The notes under the pieces are model-generated. The model did not search any database and had not been told where the DNA came from. It saw only the letters and a list, made by a program, of their open reading frames with translations. 64,000 nt of DNA from Eutreptiella sp. 'Long Island Sound 2002'. Lineage: Eukaryota > Protista > Euglenida. Each line of letters begins with the position of its first letter. Positions within the stretch are counted from its first letter, which is position 1. Both the position numbers and the translations under genes were made by a program. Below, piece by piece: positions 38,241 to 50,678 of this stretch. Location of the stretch: contig OZ038378.1 in assembly GCA_964036045.1 (NCBI GenBank), forward strand, positions 125,798,001 through 125,862,000, read 5' to 3'.

Positions 38241-39547
38241 TTAGTCGGGGGTTAGCCGGCTTTGTGTGGGGGGGGGGCGGTTCGTGGTGGGTGTCTTGCC
38301 CTTGCGCACCTTTTGGAGGTGCGCCTCCGTGGCTTCAGCCCTGCCGAAGATGAGGTAGCGCTCCACCTCATAGAGCTTGGGGTTGTTTGGGTATCTCACC
38401 CAAACAACCCCGCTCTTGCGGTTGTGGACATCGGTGACTGTGCCCACCTCTACCCCACCCCCGCATGGGACGTGGGGGGGGGGTCCCACGTGGGGATACG
38501 GGGTACCCCCCCCGTTCCTCCTTCTTCGCCGCCTCCGCTTTTTTCCGACCCCCGTCCGCCTTCTTCTCCCGCCCCTTCTCTTTTGGGGCGGGGACGGCCT
38601 TTGACTTTGGGGGGGATTCTTGTTCGGGGGGGGGGGGGGGGGGGTTGTCTTCGCTAGAGGACGACGAAGAGGAAGAAGCGGGGTTGTCGGACTCGGCGTC
38701 CGAATCCGTCTCGAACCGCTTCCGCTCCGGGGGGGAGGGGGGGGGGGGGGTTGCCCTTGTTTTTTTCGGGGGGGCTTTACGTTTGGAGGGGGGCGGTTGG
38801 GGGTGGTGGTGGTGCTTGCCCCCTCCCTTTCTTCCTTCACCTCCCTTCCCTCCCCACCTTCCATCCCCCGCCAAAGCGCCGCATCCTCACACTCTAACCA
38901 CCCTACCTCCACTAACTGCCCACGAAGTGGGCTTGTAGGGCCTCGAGGGGCCCCACAGCTCCAAGCACCGGCGGCGGTGCTCCCACTCCTTCAAGCCGCG
39001 GAGCACGGCCAGCCCCAGCGCGGGGTCTTGGGCGAGGAACTTGTGGAGCCCCCCCAACCCCATGCTCCGCTGCCCGTCCTTGTCGCTCCAAACGACATGG
39101 ACGGGGCGCACATCGTCTCCGCAGACAGCCACGTCCTTGACCTGCAACAAAGCATGAGGTGGCCCTGATTGGGGTAACAAACTAAATTTTTTGGACGGCT
39201 TTTTTTCAAAAAAAAATTTTCGTTTAATTCTTAACGTTCATTTTTACTTTTTGAAGCGCCGGTCGAAATCATTAAAATGAACCCAAAACTTTTAAACGAA
39301 GCGGCCTAAAAAGTAAACACACGCAAACACACGCATACACACACATACCTTCTGAAATTCTGGGCACCCAGAGCGTGCCGCACCCCGATCGCCTGCTTGA
39401 AGCTCGAGGCAGGGCTGGGGGCCTCTACGGGATCGGTGGCGTTGGCGGTGTTGGCGGTGGTGGCCGCCGGTGGGGCCTTCTGAGTGACGGGCACCAAGCC
39501 CCGGGTTGTGCGCGATCCAGGCAGCAGCCGCTCGTAGGTGTACTGGG
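38241..39547 (-). pseudogene. Accessory gene of copy B with C-terminal Tudor/SH3-like segment
   Basis: EVGTVTDVHNRKSGVVWVRYPNNPKLYEVERYLIFG at about 38360-38460; intron 39142-39348. Confidence 0.55.
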
Positions 39548-40760
39548 CTGTGGTCACATCCTCCTCCAGGTAGGATAGGAGTTGGACTAGCAGGCGGCTT
39601 TGCCGCAATGTGGACGGTACTGCCGCGCAACATCGGAAGCCCCCACGTCATTGAACGGGGGGGTGTCCCTGTACAAGTCCCAAAGGAGATCCCTCATGGC
39701 AACAACGGCTTGCCATTCGGGGTCCTGTGGCGCGTAGGCCAATGTTGGGCCCATCTCCTCCCATGCAAGGAAGAGAGCCCTAGCCTCCTCCCCATCGGGT
39801 GCGGCGGTGACACCCAAGTTCAGCCCCGCGGGTGTCCGGTACACCAACTGTTGCACGGCCTCCACATTCTCCTTGGGGATTGACTCCAGGCGGGCCTCAA
39901 CAAAAGCGACCTGCAGCCACCCAATGGCCATGCAACAGTGGAGGATGCATAGACACCGGTCAACCACGATGTGAGGTTCCGCTATACACCCCCCATTATC
40001 CAAGCTGCGACCAGTCACCTGGTATTGGTGACGCCCGCCCCCACATTGTCCAAAGTCCGGCGCACGTCCACCCGCCACCACGCAGCCACCGCCTTGTACC
40101 ACACGCCCATAGTGTAAAAAGACCCCACTTGGGGTGATGTGGAGACCCCAATGAGGCGACGAATGAACGGTTGGTCGCCCCCAAGGCGTAGCGCAGCTGG
40201 CATCCAACGGGATGCCTAGCAGAAACTTTTGCAGTCATGAATCGGCTGCAACACCTACAAAAGAGTGTGTACATTGATATCCGAGCATCACTTTTTCGTT
40301 TAAATTTCACCTTCATGTTTTGTTCGGCTTAAATTATAAACAATTTTTCGCTTTTAAACGAGAAAATTTGAAACGAAGTGAGCCCAAATTCAATGCGACA
40401 GAAAAGCACCTGGTACCTGAAGGTTCTCGGCGCAAATAGTGGCCAAAGCGGCCATGTCTTTGTCGCCGCACACGGCCATCTCGATGACCCACAAGTAGGC
40501 GGGTGTAGGGCCCCGTTTGCCGTGGTTGAGGAGCCCAATAGACCATTGGGTCCAACTCCCACCGGCACACGGATAGGCATCCCCGCACACAATAAACGTG
40601 CTGGGCCGGTCCCAATCAATGGTGTCCACTAGTGGTGGACACGTTTGAACGTAGCAGGCCCATGAGTGCACCGGCCAACTGCGGCCACTAGCAGGTGGGT
40701 TGTCTGGACCATCGGGCCCGGGCCAAGGGAGATGAAGCCACCCACTCACCAACGAGTTGA
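39548..40760 (-). pseudogene. RAG1/Transib-like transposase of copy B, spliced, lacking the catalytic-Glu segment
   Basis: GDAYPCAGGSWTQWSIGLLNHG...GDKDMAAL...ENLQ, probable intron 40416-40255, then VLQPIHDCKSFC*ASRWMPAALRLGGDQPFIRRLIG, CLCILHCCMAIG, PDGEEARALF, ending at LEEDVTTA. Confidence 0.72.
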
Positions 40761-43700
40761 GAGACTAAAGGGTCCCGCAAACTCTTCGCTCTAGTCAAAC
40801 GCACAAGCGTCATGCTAAGCTCCAGAATAGTGTCTCAAGGAAAAGGCATAACAAGTGCTACACAAGAGAAAAGGGGGTATGGAGTGGGGTTGGCAGTGGG
40901 CACAAAGAAGAGGACTAAGGGTTCGACACCCAACCCTTAGGCAATCCAATATCTCAACAAACCCATTGGGCAACATTCTACAACATTAAACCGCCTCCAG
41001 ACCCTAGCATATGCATGCAATGAACGGCACAAATAGTTTAAAATCTAGAAAATACTAGGTATTCTCGCTTAACACGTTAAAATTTATCGGTTTAACATTT
41101 AACACCTTTCAAAAATTTCAATTGAACATTTGACATATTGGATGTAACGTGGGTCTCTAGGGTAGGGACCGCATCGGAAGCTGCAGTGGCAAAATTCGGA
41201 GGCCCACAAAACATCATGTATAACTTTGAGGCATGAAATCCTAAGAAATTGAATCCCTACGTCAACCCGTTGATAGCACTAGTAACTGCGATGTGCCCAA
41301 ATGTGGGCATGCTCTCAAGCTGTACTATTTCGAAAAAATGTGGGAAGCAATCAGAACTTGTTCCGATGGCGTCAATGGCAACAACTGCTAGTTCCTTATG
41401 TAGGGCCTTGGCCCGTGCATAAGTACGGTCGGCCTTGACCTGTGTGTGGCAACGAAATACTTGCACGGCTCGACGGGACACCTTGTTTATTTATGGTTTT
41501 ACAAGGTCAACGAGAACATCAAAAAAGAGATGGTCATTGGCCCAACGGCAATACCGGTGCCACTAGTCACATTTAACAATCGTTGCCGCTAGCATAACCA
41601 TAAATACCGCAAAGGCACAATAAACCGCTGCTCCACATTGGTGGTACACAACAACTAACGCGTGCCGCAATAGTCATAACACACCATTGGCGGTTCGATA
41701 TATTTGTTTTGTGGATGCATTCAATGAGTGCAAAGTGTGTGTCTTTGATGTTTCTGCAACTCAGATGAAAATGCAGGGACCATGGATGCACTCATTAGGT
41801 GTTGGCGCCCCAATGTTGCGGGCATACAATCTCGATGATAGGTGAAACATGCTCAGAGGCGTAAGGCAAGCAATCCATCCCAAATTGCAGTGCGGAAGCC
41901 CAGGTATGCAAACCTTGCGCACGCGACCTACAGATGTGAGGCATGTATATTCGGCATACATGGTCACGCTCTCATACAGCACCTCTATATCTTGTATCAT
42001 GCTTGCGATGCTGAGCAAAGATCCTCTGTAGACATGTGTATGTTACGTAGTCTTTGTGTGTGTGAGCCTCCACGATCGCATACAATCCAACCCAATTCAC
42101 GATCGCATGTGCCTTGCAAATCAGCTTGAGCGACAAGCGTTGAACAGGGCAAATTATGCATCATAGTGCCGGCCTGTTGTGGCCGGCACCAGAGCCAGAG
42201 TTGTACTGTGGGCATCAACTTGGGGACATGATTCATGACGCCCATCCATATGGCGTGGCGAACACTTGATTCCGAGGATTGTGCCCCGGCTCCTCTGAGT
42301 GACTAATGTGCGGTGCAACATTGCTTATGGTGGCAGTGTTCTCGTATCGCGTGAGTAAATCACCATGCGATGCAACAAGTTTGCAAGCGACTTCCCAAGT
42401 GTTTAGGAGCAGTGAAAATGGTGCTAGGAAAGTGGACTAGGGTTGATACAAGCCCTATGCCAAGCTGGTAGAGGGCACCACTTTCGCCATTTCGATGCCC
42501 AACGGTGACAAACCATTTTGTACTCTTCTGGTGCAACCACATATGTGGTCAAAAGAAGTGCCCCGACCTGAGTTCTATGTGCATCCGCTCCATCACGGGG
42601 CAAGTTCTACCCAATGGTTGTTTACATCGCGCCATCCGGAGTTGCTATTGCTCGTGCTGTGACACGACGCGCCAGTGCTATTTTCATGTGAACCAATTCA
42701 TCATCTTGAAGTGTCCACCAATCTAGGAGTTGCATGCCTAGATGTGACAAATCATGCTTTTGTACTCCAGGTTTTCGTGTAGTGTAGGATGGAACAATGA
42801 GAGCATAGTCACCCGTTGGTCTTGAAGGATGCTGGCAAGCTGGTGCCTTTGGCAATTGGAGGAGTGGCGCGCAACCATAAATTTTGGGTTAATTAGTTGC
42901 GCCACTTTGAGAAGTGTGGGAGTTGGCAATATTAAATGACAACATTCTTTGGTCGGGCGGTAGGCTGCCCGAGTTCCGTTTGAGGAGGAAACAATTGGTT
43001 TTTGTGGCTGAGACAAGTTCACAATGAAGTTCCGAAGCCTTTTTATTTGCGAACAAGGGAAATATAGCAGCACCTTTGGTTTGCCAGCAAGTGGCTGGGT
43101 CCCGGGTGCGCTTGTCGTGATTGCCCAACAGAAGCAAGAGCTCCCGGACGCGATCAAGAGTCAATGTATGAACTGAGGGTGTGCCTTCTGACATACTGGG
43201 CAAGTTTGCTAGCACAAGATTTTTCGCGCCTTGCCGAGAGTACATGTATTGACCCATGATTCATAAAACATCAAGGTTTGTTCAATGACCTTTGCGAACA
43301 AACAGTAGCCCATGTGCAAGACATGGAGTGCATGTGCGTCATCGATAGGGATGTGTCGCTCCCAAGGGTGGGGGAACGTTGTCCCGTCGCTATCACACCA
43401 TCCAAGAATGACGAGGACGGGGGGCGGGGGGTGACGTGGACCCTGAAGAGTAGGAGGAGGTAACCCAGCAAGAGGTCGGTGGCGATAGCAAATAGAAGGC
43501 CACAACCTCGAAGAACCGTCCCCATTCCGTGGATGATGGGAATAGTAACGACGAGTTCCCGCAAAAGCCAACACAAAAACTGAAGGATAGCGCCCCGTTC
43601 AGGATGTTCCATGGCCAAGGGGGGGCGCCTGAGGGCAAGAGCCCCCTTCGCTGCCGAAGAAAAAATGCCTTAGGAGGACCTTTTGTTGAGCATGTTTCCC

Positions 43701-44069
43701 TCTATATTGATCCCAACATAACACTTTGTTGTGTACTGTGCCACAACGATGTGAGATTGGCGTCATTTTCCTTGTTTTGCTAATTTTGGGCTTTGCATGT
43801 TCCAAAATATGCGACATGCCATTTATGATGCCCATCGGGGAGAGTTTTGTTTTGGGTAGTGCCGCTCATTTCTTGTAATTTTTGTCTACGTTGTAACAAC
43901 CGAGGGGCTCCTTGGCGGCAATAGGCGTGCAAAATGTGATCACCTCTCGTACACAATGCACATGGGTCAGCAGACAACAAGAAAAATTCAAACCCGAGTT
44001 TTCCATGCCATTGCCTATCTGCAACAGTGCTACTTTCGTGACGTTGGGTCTTTAAAAAACAGTTTGCAT

Positions 44070-46924
44070 GGGTTGGGGAAAATTGGCTTGCGCAACGGGG
44101 GGGGGGGGGGTCGTTGGAGCCCCTTTTCCGGACCCCCCCCCCTCCTTGGCTCCCGTGATGGGGACTTTAAAAAGGTCATAGATGGTGGCAAATAAAGTTG
44201 AACTTCCATTGAGGGGGGGGGGGGGGCAGCAGTGGTGGTATTTATGCCCGGTCACTTCGGGCTACATCCCATAGCACAAAAAAAAATTGAGGAGATGTAG
44301 CGTCCCACCTGGCCTCCTACTGCCACAGACGACTGAGAGGCAGAAGTCAAAGACGACACATCAGAGGAATCGGAATCAGAACTTGAGGTGTCATTGGTTG
44401 AGTCAGAGCTAGTGTTGGAGTCCGGTTCAGATGCAGACCTAGACGCGGAGCATGTGGAAGGGGCTGAAGTGGTAGGATGTGATGAAGGAGCACAGTTTAG
44501 AGCAGCCAATTCCGAAGCAACGTCGCGTCTTTTTGAGGAACGCTCTGAACAAAACCAGGAAGAATCAGGGATGCAGGCAACAGGGGGGACACAACATTGC
44601 TGATGATAGCCCACAGTGGTACTATGGTCACCATCACAGAGCAAGATATCATTCCCCTCGGATGTCTCTCCGCTCAAACAGATTGCGCAGACAATATCCG
44701 AGCCATCAGAGTCCAGTTGATTTTCCAGGACATCTTGCACATGGGCCATTTCAACACTCTCCACAGGCAAGCCTTTAGCCTCCGCAATAATTTGAATGTA
44801 GTTGTACACCCGCTGCACCAACTCAGGTTTTGGGCCATTGCTACACAACCCCTGGTTCATGAGTACTCGCTTCAAATTACTAACAGTGCACTGTCCATTG
44901 ATCCCCAATGAACCACGCAACTCTCGCAAGAGGCGTTCCACATCAGCCAAAACACCAAGAGTCACCTGTCCGCAACGCCCCGCTTTCACCGAGCCTCACT
45001 CTTCAAAAACTCAAGGCTGCGGCGATGTGCAAACCACTTCGCAATCTGTGCCACTTTGGAGACATTTCCCAAAGCAGTTTGGGCCAAATCTTCCATCTGT
45101 TTCTCCGTAGGATGTTGTGTAACACGGTACAGATTTTTACAGTGCACAGAGGGAGGGTCAACCTTCAACACAGGGACACCCTTTTTTTGCCTTTCCTCCT
45201 CCACAGAATCAGGTGACATGAAATTACCATCTTCAGCATAGATGGGGTCATTCAGAAAACCAGAGACTGCATCGTTGGAGATCGACAAATCAGAGCATAT
45301 TTGGAATGAGGGCGGGCTACTGTAATCTGCCGCTGTGCACAAACGGTTCAAATGACGCACACATGCCATGCGACGCAACTGAAAATCGAAAAACCCGGCT
45401 GCATGGTGCAGCTCATGGTACCGTAGGGCATTCGCAATGGAGAAGCGTGCGCTGAGGGGAAGCTCCTCAGGCGTACCATCCAGCACAATGCGACAGTACA
45501 TCCTGAAATCTTGCGAGAAGGTGTCCGACCCCTCAACACCAGGGTGCGACATGAGACTGATGATGGGTTTTTTACTGTACGTCGCACCGGCAATGGCATT
45601 GGCCAGCACAGATTGAAACCGGGGCTGACGGACCGCAAGCACTTCAGCACGCGGAAGGGAGGCATCACTGTCAAGCAACACAGCCTGTTTTAATTTTCCC
45701 TTTTGCACAGAACGGGTCTCAGCACCATTTACCCTTTCAGCCTCATTGAGGGAGGAGAGTCCTGCTGCCCTGCAACATGCCATGGTGAAAGGTCTTTGGT
45801 TGTGCAAGTGCTCAAATGTCACTGCCAACCGCACCTCTGTATTTCTGGGATTATGATCCCAACCACCATCAGACACAAATGTGATTTCCCCTCCAGTTGC
45901 AAACTGTGAAGCCACTGCATGTTGACATACAAGCAGGAAATCATTGACAGATTGAAATGGGGTGGAACGACGTTCAGCCACTACCTTGGTGACTGCAAAG
46001 GCCTACTTGCGTACAGGGAGGTCATACTTTTTTTGTGCATGATTCTCATCAGCTGCAACAAGCCAGTAGAACAGGAGACTATTGGTGACACATTTGAAAA
46101 GGCCAGTCAACCGATTGGCATCATTGTAGGGTGCAGTTTTGTGCAACTATGATGTGGGGCCGGGGTGCTGAAGTTGGGGTATGGGGTACGGATGAGGAGT
46201 GTGTGGAGGAACTTTGGGATGCGGGCGTGAAAAAAATCTGTGATGGTAGCCCGCTTTGACCTGGCTGGTGTCTTGGGGCTTTCCTGGCTTCAAACACAAG
46301 TCCATGTTCTGAGTTCCAAAACTCTTTATAAGCGTTGTGAGGAACTGGAAAACACTTGCATGGAAGGGGTATGATGCTTGACATTTTCACTGGTAAAATG
46401 CAGAAAACCCAGATCTGGTGCGTGAAAAAAGATACTTTTTTTCCCCTTGGGTGAGGGTGGGTGGGAGTAAGGAAAGGAGAGGTCGTGTCAACCTTTTTAG
46501 CCACCAGGGGAATAGGGTGGGGTCTGAGTGTGTATTTCGCTTAGCCCACTTTATCAGGGGGTCGGGCATTGCGAGTCCTGAGGAGGAGCCCCGGGCGCCC
46601 CCAGTCCTCGGTTTTTTCTTTTTCCCCCTCCCCTTCGGATCTGCCACAAGGGTGTCACACCTGTGAAACATCAAAACCCTAGCATCATGGTTGAGCGCAC
46701 TAGGGAACTGCCCCCTAGGCCCTGCCCGTGCCCCTTTTATACCCCGTAGGGACCGGCGGGAGTTAGTTCCGGAATTCAGTGAAAAAATGGCAAAAATGGA
46801 AAAAAAATTGGGACTTTACCATGGTTTCTGTCACAGGAGCCCCATTGCCAGACCACCCCCCCCTCGTTCGGGGGGCTCCCGTGACCCCCCCCCCCCCCCG
46901 CGCAAGCCAATTTTCCCCTTGCCC
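44070..46924 (-). mobile_element. TIR DNA transposon with Zator-like transposase
   Basis: Inverted ends GGGTTGGGGAAAATTGGCTTGCGC...GGGG and GCGCAAGCCAATTTTCCCCTTGCCC; flanked by AT (or ATG) on both sides; removing the element restores an open frame (LKNSLH-VALRRWLKLEGHYEW). Confidence 0.75.
44252..46140 (-). pseudogene. Zator-like DDE core + homeodomain-like + SAP + PHD finger + Ser-rich tail (one TAG, one frameshift)
   Basis: FVSDGGWDHNPRN...AAGLSSLNEAERVN (compare the Zator-type DGGPDENP...PGxSAxNxVERR motif, recalled); HPTEKQMEDLAQTALGNVSKVAQIAKWFAHRR; SNLKRVLMNQGLCSNGPKPELVQRV; CAICLSGETSEGNDILLCDGDHSTTVGYHQQCCVPPVACIPDSSWFCSER. TAG at 46003; frame change near 44990. Confidence 0.7.
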
Positions 46925-48030
46925 ATGTAGCGTTGCGGAGGTGGCTCAAACTTGAAGGCCACTACGAGTGGGCACTCCAGCGCACAAAAGTGAAAGAGAC
47001 ACATGGGTTACTGTGAATGTGCATGACCCCTACAACCATTTATGTGACACATGACAGTGTTTCAAGGGTGCGTTTTCCGGCGAACAAAAGTCAAAGATTT
47101 AAAAATGTTTTTTTCTGCACGTGTTTTGGAGTGGCACCTAGTTGCGAACTTTGCCATTTTTGCCACATGCTTACAAGAAAGCCTAATTCAATTTCACTAT
47201 GTTCCGTTTGGGTGGAAGTTTTCGTCAGGGGTAGCACAAAATACATTGGTTGTGATGCTACACAACACGCGAGAGACCTAAATTACTACAACTTGCGCTG
47301 CTTGGGCGATGTACTCATCTCATGCGAAGATGGGACGACATTTGAGCACATGTCGTCCATGCTTGGTACTATAATGACGAACAAAAGGCTGAGAACATCC
47401 AAATAGTTGTGCCTAGGTCCGCACCATGAAGTCTTTTGGTTGGGAAATAGTTTGAACCCTATTAAGGGTGAGATCGAGCACACGGACAAGAGGCTGTACA
47501 ATGGTCCCGTCTGCTAGAGAAGACAAGGGGCTCAACGATCTGGCCCAAAGTGGTGGAGACGGTGAGTGGCAAGATGCAATGGGCATTTGGCCCAGAAAAT
47601 GGGGTTCTTGATGGGATGGCACCGCTTCAGATGGGGCCAACGGAGATTTCAACACCACTTGGCCACAACACGAGCATGTGCGCTATTTGATGCCATCAGC
47701 ACTTCATGTGTGTGGGCCATGGCGGACAAATTCCCCGACAAATTTGCCTTTTCATCATATCCTGCAGCTTATGCGACTAAATTCAGTATTGGGTAAAGGC
47801 CGCACATTAGCGCAAGGAATCAGGTGTTGAGCACAGTTATGCAACTAAGATACCACAAACAAGTAAAACTTTTGGAGGTCTTGCATGCTTGCAAACTTAT
47901 AATGAACCCCGAATGACAACAAACTATGACTTGTTGAGAAGTCCACGTGTCGCAAAACACCACGACTCGAACTTTGTTTTTGTTTTTTCAGATCAGAACT
48001 GCTAAGCACTTCTTTGACGACGGAAAGCAT

Positions 48031-48615
48031 CCCCCCCCCCCCCGTGTCCAACGAATGCCATGTCCAACGAACACCTCCGTTCGGACAGTGTTTTTTGTGG
48101 ACATCATTAGTTACGTACGTAATTATGTTACGAGCTTCAGAATCTAGATTTCAGGCAGAAGGATTGGGGAAACGAGGGGTTGTAGTGAACAGTGGCGCGT
48201 AAAATTGCCAAGCAGGATTTGGGAGAATTGTGTCCCTCAACTACAGGACCTCTATTCCCCACCATGATTGATTCTCTGCTTGCACCTGGCTAGGAAGTGC
48301 TATACAAGGGGTGTCCGTCCCCAAGGTGCCTAAGCCAGATCACGCTGCCAATTCTTCCTCTGCCAAGAACAAGGAGGCCCAAGGCCCGGGGAGCATGTTC
48401 AGCTTTTCCACAAGGACTGGGACCGCAACAAGGGCTTTTACTCTGAAACGCACAAATTGGAAACCTCCATCGGTTTGTACTTTGAATGGGCTAGGTGTCT
48501 TGTGCCTGGGACTGTGTTTCGCAATATTACCACGTGCACCGAACGGCGTGTCCAACGAACACACCCGTTGGGGCTGTATTTTTTTTAGGACAAAATTATT
48601 CGTTGGACACGGGGG
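48031..48615. mobile_element. MITE with TIR (C)nCGTGTCCAACGAAT
   Basis: CCCGTGTCCAACGAAT at 48041 and ATTCGTTGGACACGGGGG ending at 48615; AT on both sides; internal GTGTCCAACGAAC subrepeats. Confidence 0.75.
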
Positions 48616-49340
48616 ATACCAGACGTGACAAAGTTTTTGAGATGGGGCTCAAATTTGTTGAGCCCAAAATAGGGAGCTAACAAATTTTGCTAGCAAAAAC
48701 AGAGGGGGCTGTTCTTGCCAAAAAAAATGGTGGGGAAACTGTTGGTGGGGCCACGGGCCGGGGAAAAAGCTTGAAAATTTCACCAACAAAAACGGAGGAG
48801 GTTGTACCTGCCACAACGTGCTTGCAATAGCACAAGCAACTGGAGGAAAAGTGATTGAAAATTTTCCTCGGAACAATGGAGGGGCTGTCACAAAGAATCG
48901 TGATGTCGCCGGCTTCTTTTGGTGGGGCCACGGGCTGGGAATGTGGTCTGAAAAAATTGCTCGGGAAAATGGAGGGGCTCTTGGCTTGCTTAGCTGCTGG
49001 CAAATTTGGAAGTGGTTGCACGGCTGCAAAGAAGGGTCCGGCAAACTGGAGGGGGATTGGTTCCCCTTAGACTTGAGGACTACTGGTAGGCCTTGCGATG
49101 ATGGGACACAAGACAGCTACAATTTACAGGGTTGTCGCACTATACAATACAATACATGTAGTGTTCTTCAGGTGGTGTGCATGGTTGCATTTGCAATTAG
49201 TTCTCTCTTCTGGGCCCTGCATGCATCCCTTGTACCTGTGCGACCTATAATCAGCCCTATATACCATGCTTTCATGGTACACATTGTGCGAATCATGCGG
49301 TGTACTATTTGCGTTTGTGCTTATCCTCCTCGTGTGCATG

Positions 49341-49341
<1 letters not shown>

Positions 49342-49430
<89 letters not shown>

Positions 49431-50630
49431 CTACACCCCTCTCCCCTTAAATTTAGCTAACAAGCAACAACAAGCAACAAGCAACAACAAGCAACAACAC
49501 GTCTCCTTGCCGCTTTGGCCATTGCTCCGTCCCAACGCTTCGGATCATTTGCCCATGTAGCCATCTTGGAGCCTAGGTGGTGGCCTTGCCAAATCCAAGT
49601 TTTGAGCCGAAAACTCAGCGGTGGCGGCCCGGGGCGGTGGCGCCAAGTCGGGAGGTGCCCTCCCAAATCTGCGCAGTTTTGGGCCAAAAACAGCCATTTT
49701 TCGCCCAAAACAGCCCTAGTAAGGGTTCAAAGCAGCCAAACGAAGGCAAACGGCTGCTACACTCCACGTGCGGCTTGACTTTCTCGCGACCAAGGGACCT
49801 TTGGTGCCCTCTAACTCCACGATATGTCCGAGAAACGGCCCCAAAAGGCGCCAAAAAGCCCGGAAAACGGCGCAATGTGCACCAGCACCCCGAAACCAAG
49901 AACGAGCCGTATCTTGGGCTACGTGGCTCAAAAACGAATTCCGAGGGCACCTAGTCCACCCGCAACCCCCCACTTTTTATGGTTTCCAAGCCTCAGAATC
50001 GCCCAACGAGACACGTAGAACCCCGTACCAGTGGTCACTTGGTGCAGCCGGAGGGCCGGCCAGCCCACGCACAGTGGGGGCCAACGGTGGGTCCACCAGG
50101 GTCCCCAGGGCGAAAAAAATGATTTTTTCGAAAGTTGTTCCTAGACCACTTGGGATGCTCAAACAAGTGTTTTTGGGCCATTTTGAGCCCGGGGTGGCGC
50201 GTTTTGGGCCATGGAAAATCCCAAAATGCCTTGAAAATGGGCCGTTTTGGGACCAACAAAGGGTCAAAAATGGGTCAAAAACGCGTTTTTCCAAAAATGA
50301 TCCTGGACCATTTATGACGCTCAAACAAGTGGTTTTGGCCCATTTTGAGCCCGTGGGGACGGGTTTTGGCTCCTGGAACCTCCCAAAATGCCTTGAAAAT
50401 TAGCCATTTTGGGACCAAAAATGGGTCAAAAATGGGTCAAAAACGCTTTTTTCCAAAAGTGATCCCGGACCATTTGCGATGCTCAAACAAGTGTTTTTAG
50501 CCCGTTTTAAGCCCGTTTTGACCGAGTTTAGCCCCTTCCGGCACATGTATGCACCACTTTGTGCCCTTCGCACGTACCTTAGAGCCCTGTGGTGGAGCCA
50601 CCTAGAGTTGGGAGAGGGGTGTAGATTGGA

Positions 50631-50676
<46 letters not shown>
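49342..50676. mobile_element. (TA)n-capped element with asymmetric inverted repeats
   Basis: (TA)n 49342-49430; CTACACCCCTCTCCC at 49431; its inverse at 50610-50624; 8-nt spacer; (AT)n 50633-50676; internal 162-bp repeat x3 (GCTCAAACAAGTG at 50157, 50319, 50481); whole cassette flanked by CATGT (49337-49341, 50677-50681). Confidence 0.75.

Positions 50677-50678
<2 letters not shown>

Larger units (their letters stand above)
37719..41162 (-). mobile_element. TIR DNA transposon copy B (internally deleted relative of copy A)
   Basis: TIRs CCCTAGAGACCC...ATCCAAT at 37719 and its inverse ending at 41162; TA on both sides (37717-37718, 41163-41164). Confidence 0.88.

Noticed and set aside
37719-41162. 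piggyBac assignment from CCCTAGA termini
   Set aside because: There is no TTAA TSD (TA and TG seen) and the protein motifs are RAG1/Transib-like rather than piggyBac-like.
37580-41260. Sola-like transposase motif (PGNSYMRRDR) across the reconstructed empty site of copy B
   Set aside because: Only one weak motif resemblance in heavily decayed sequence; not supportable without a profile search.
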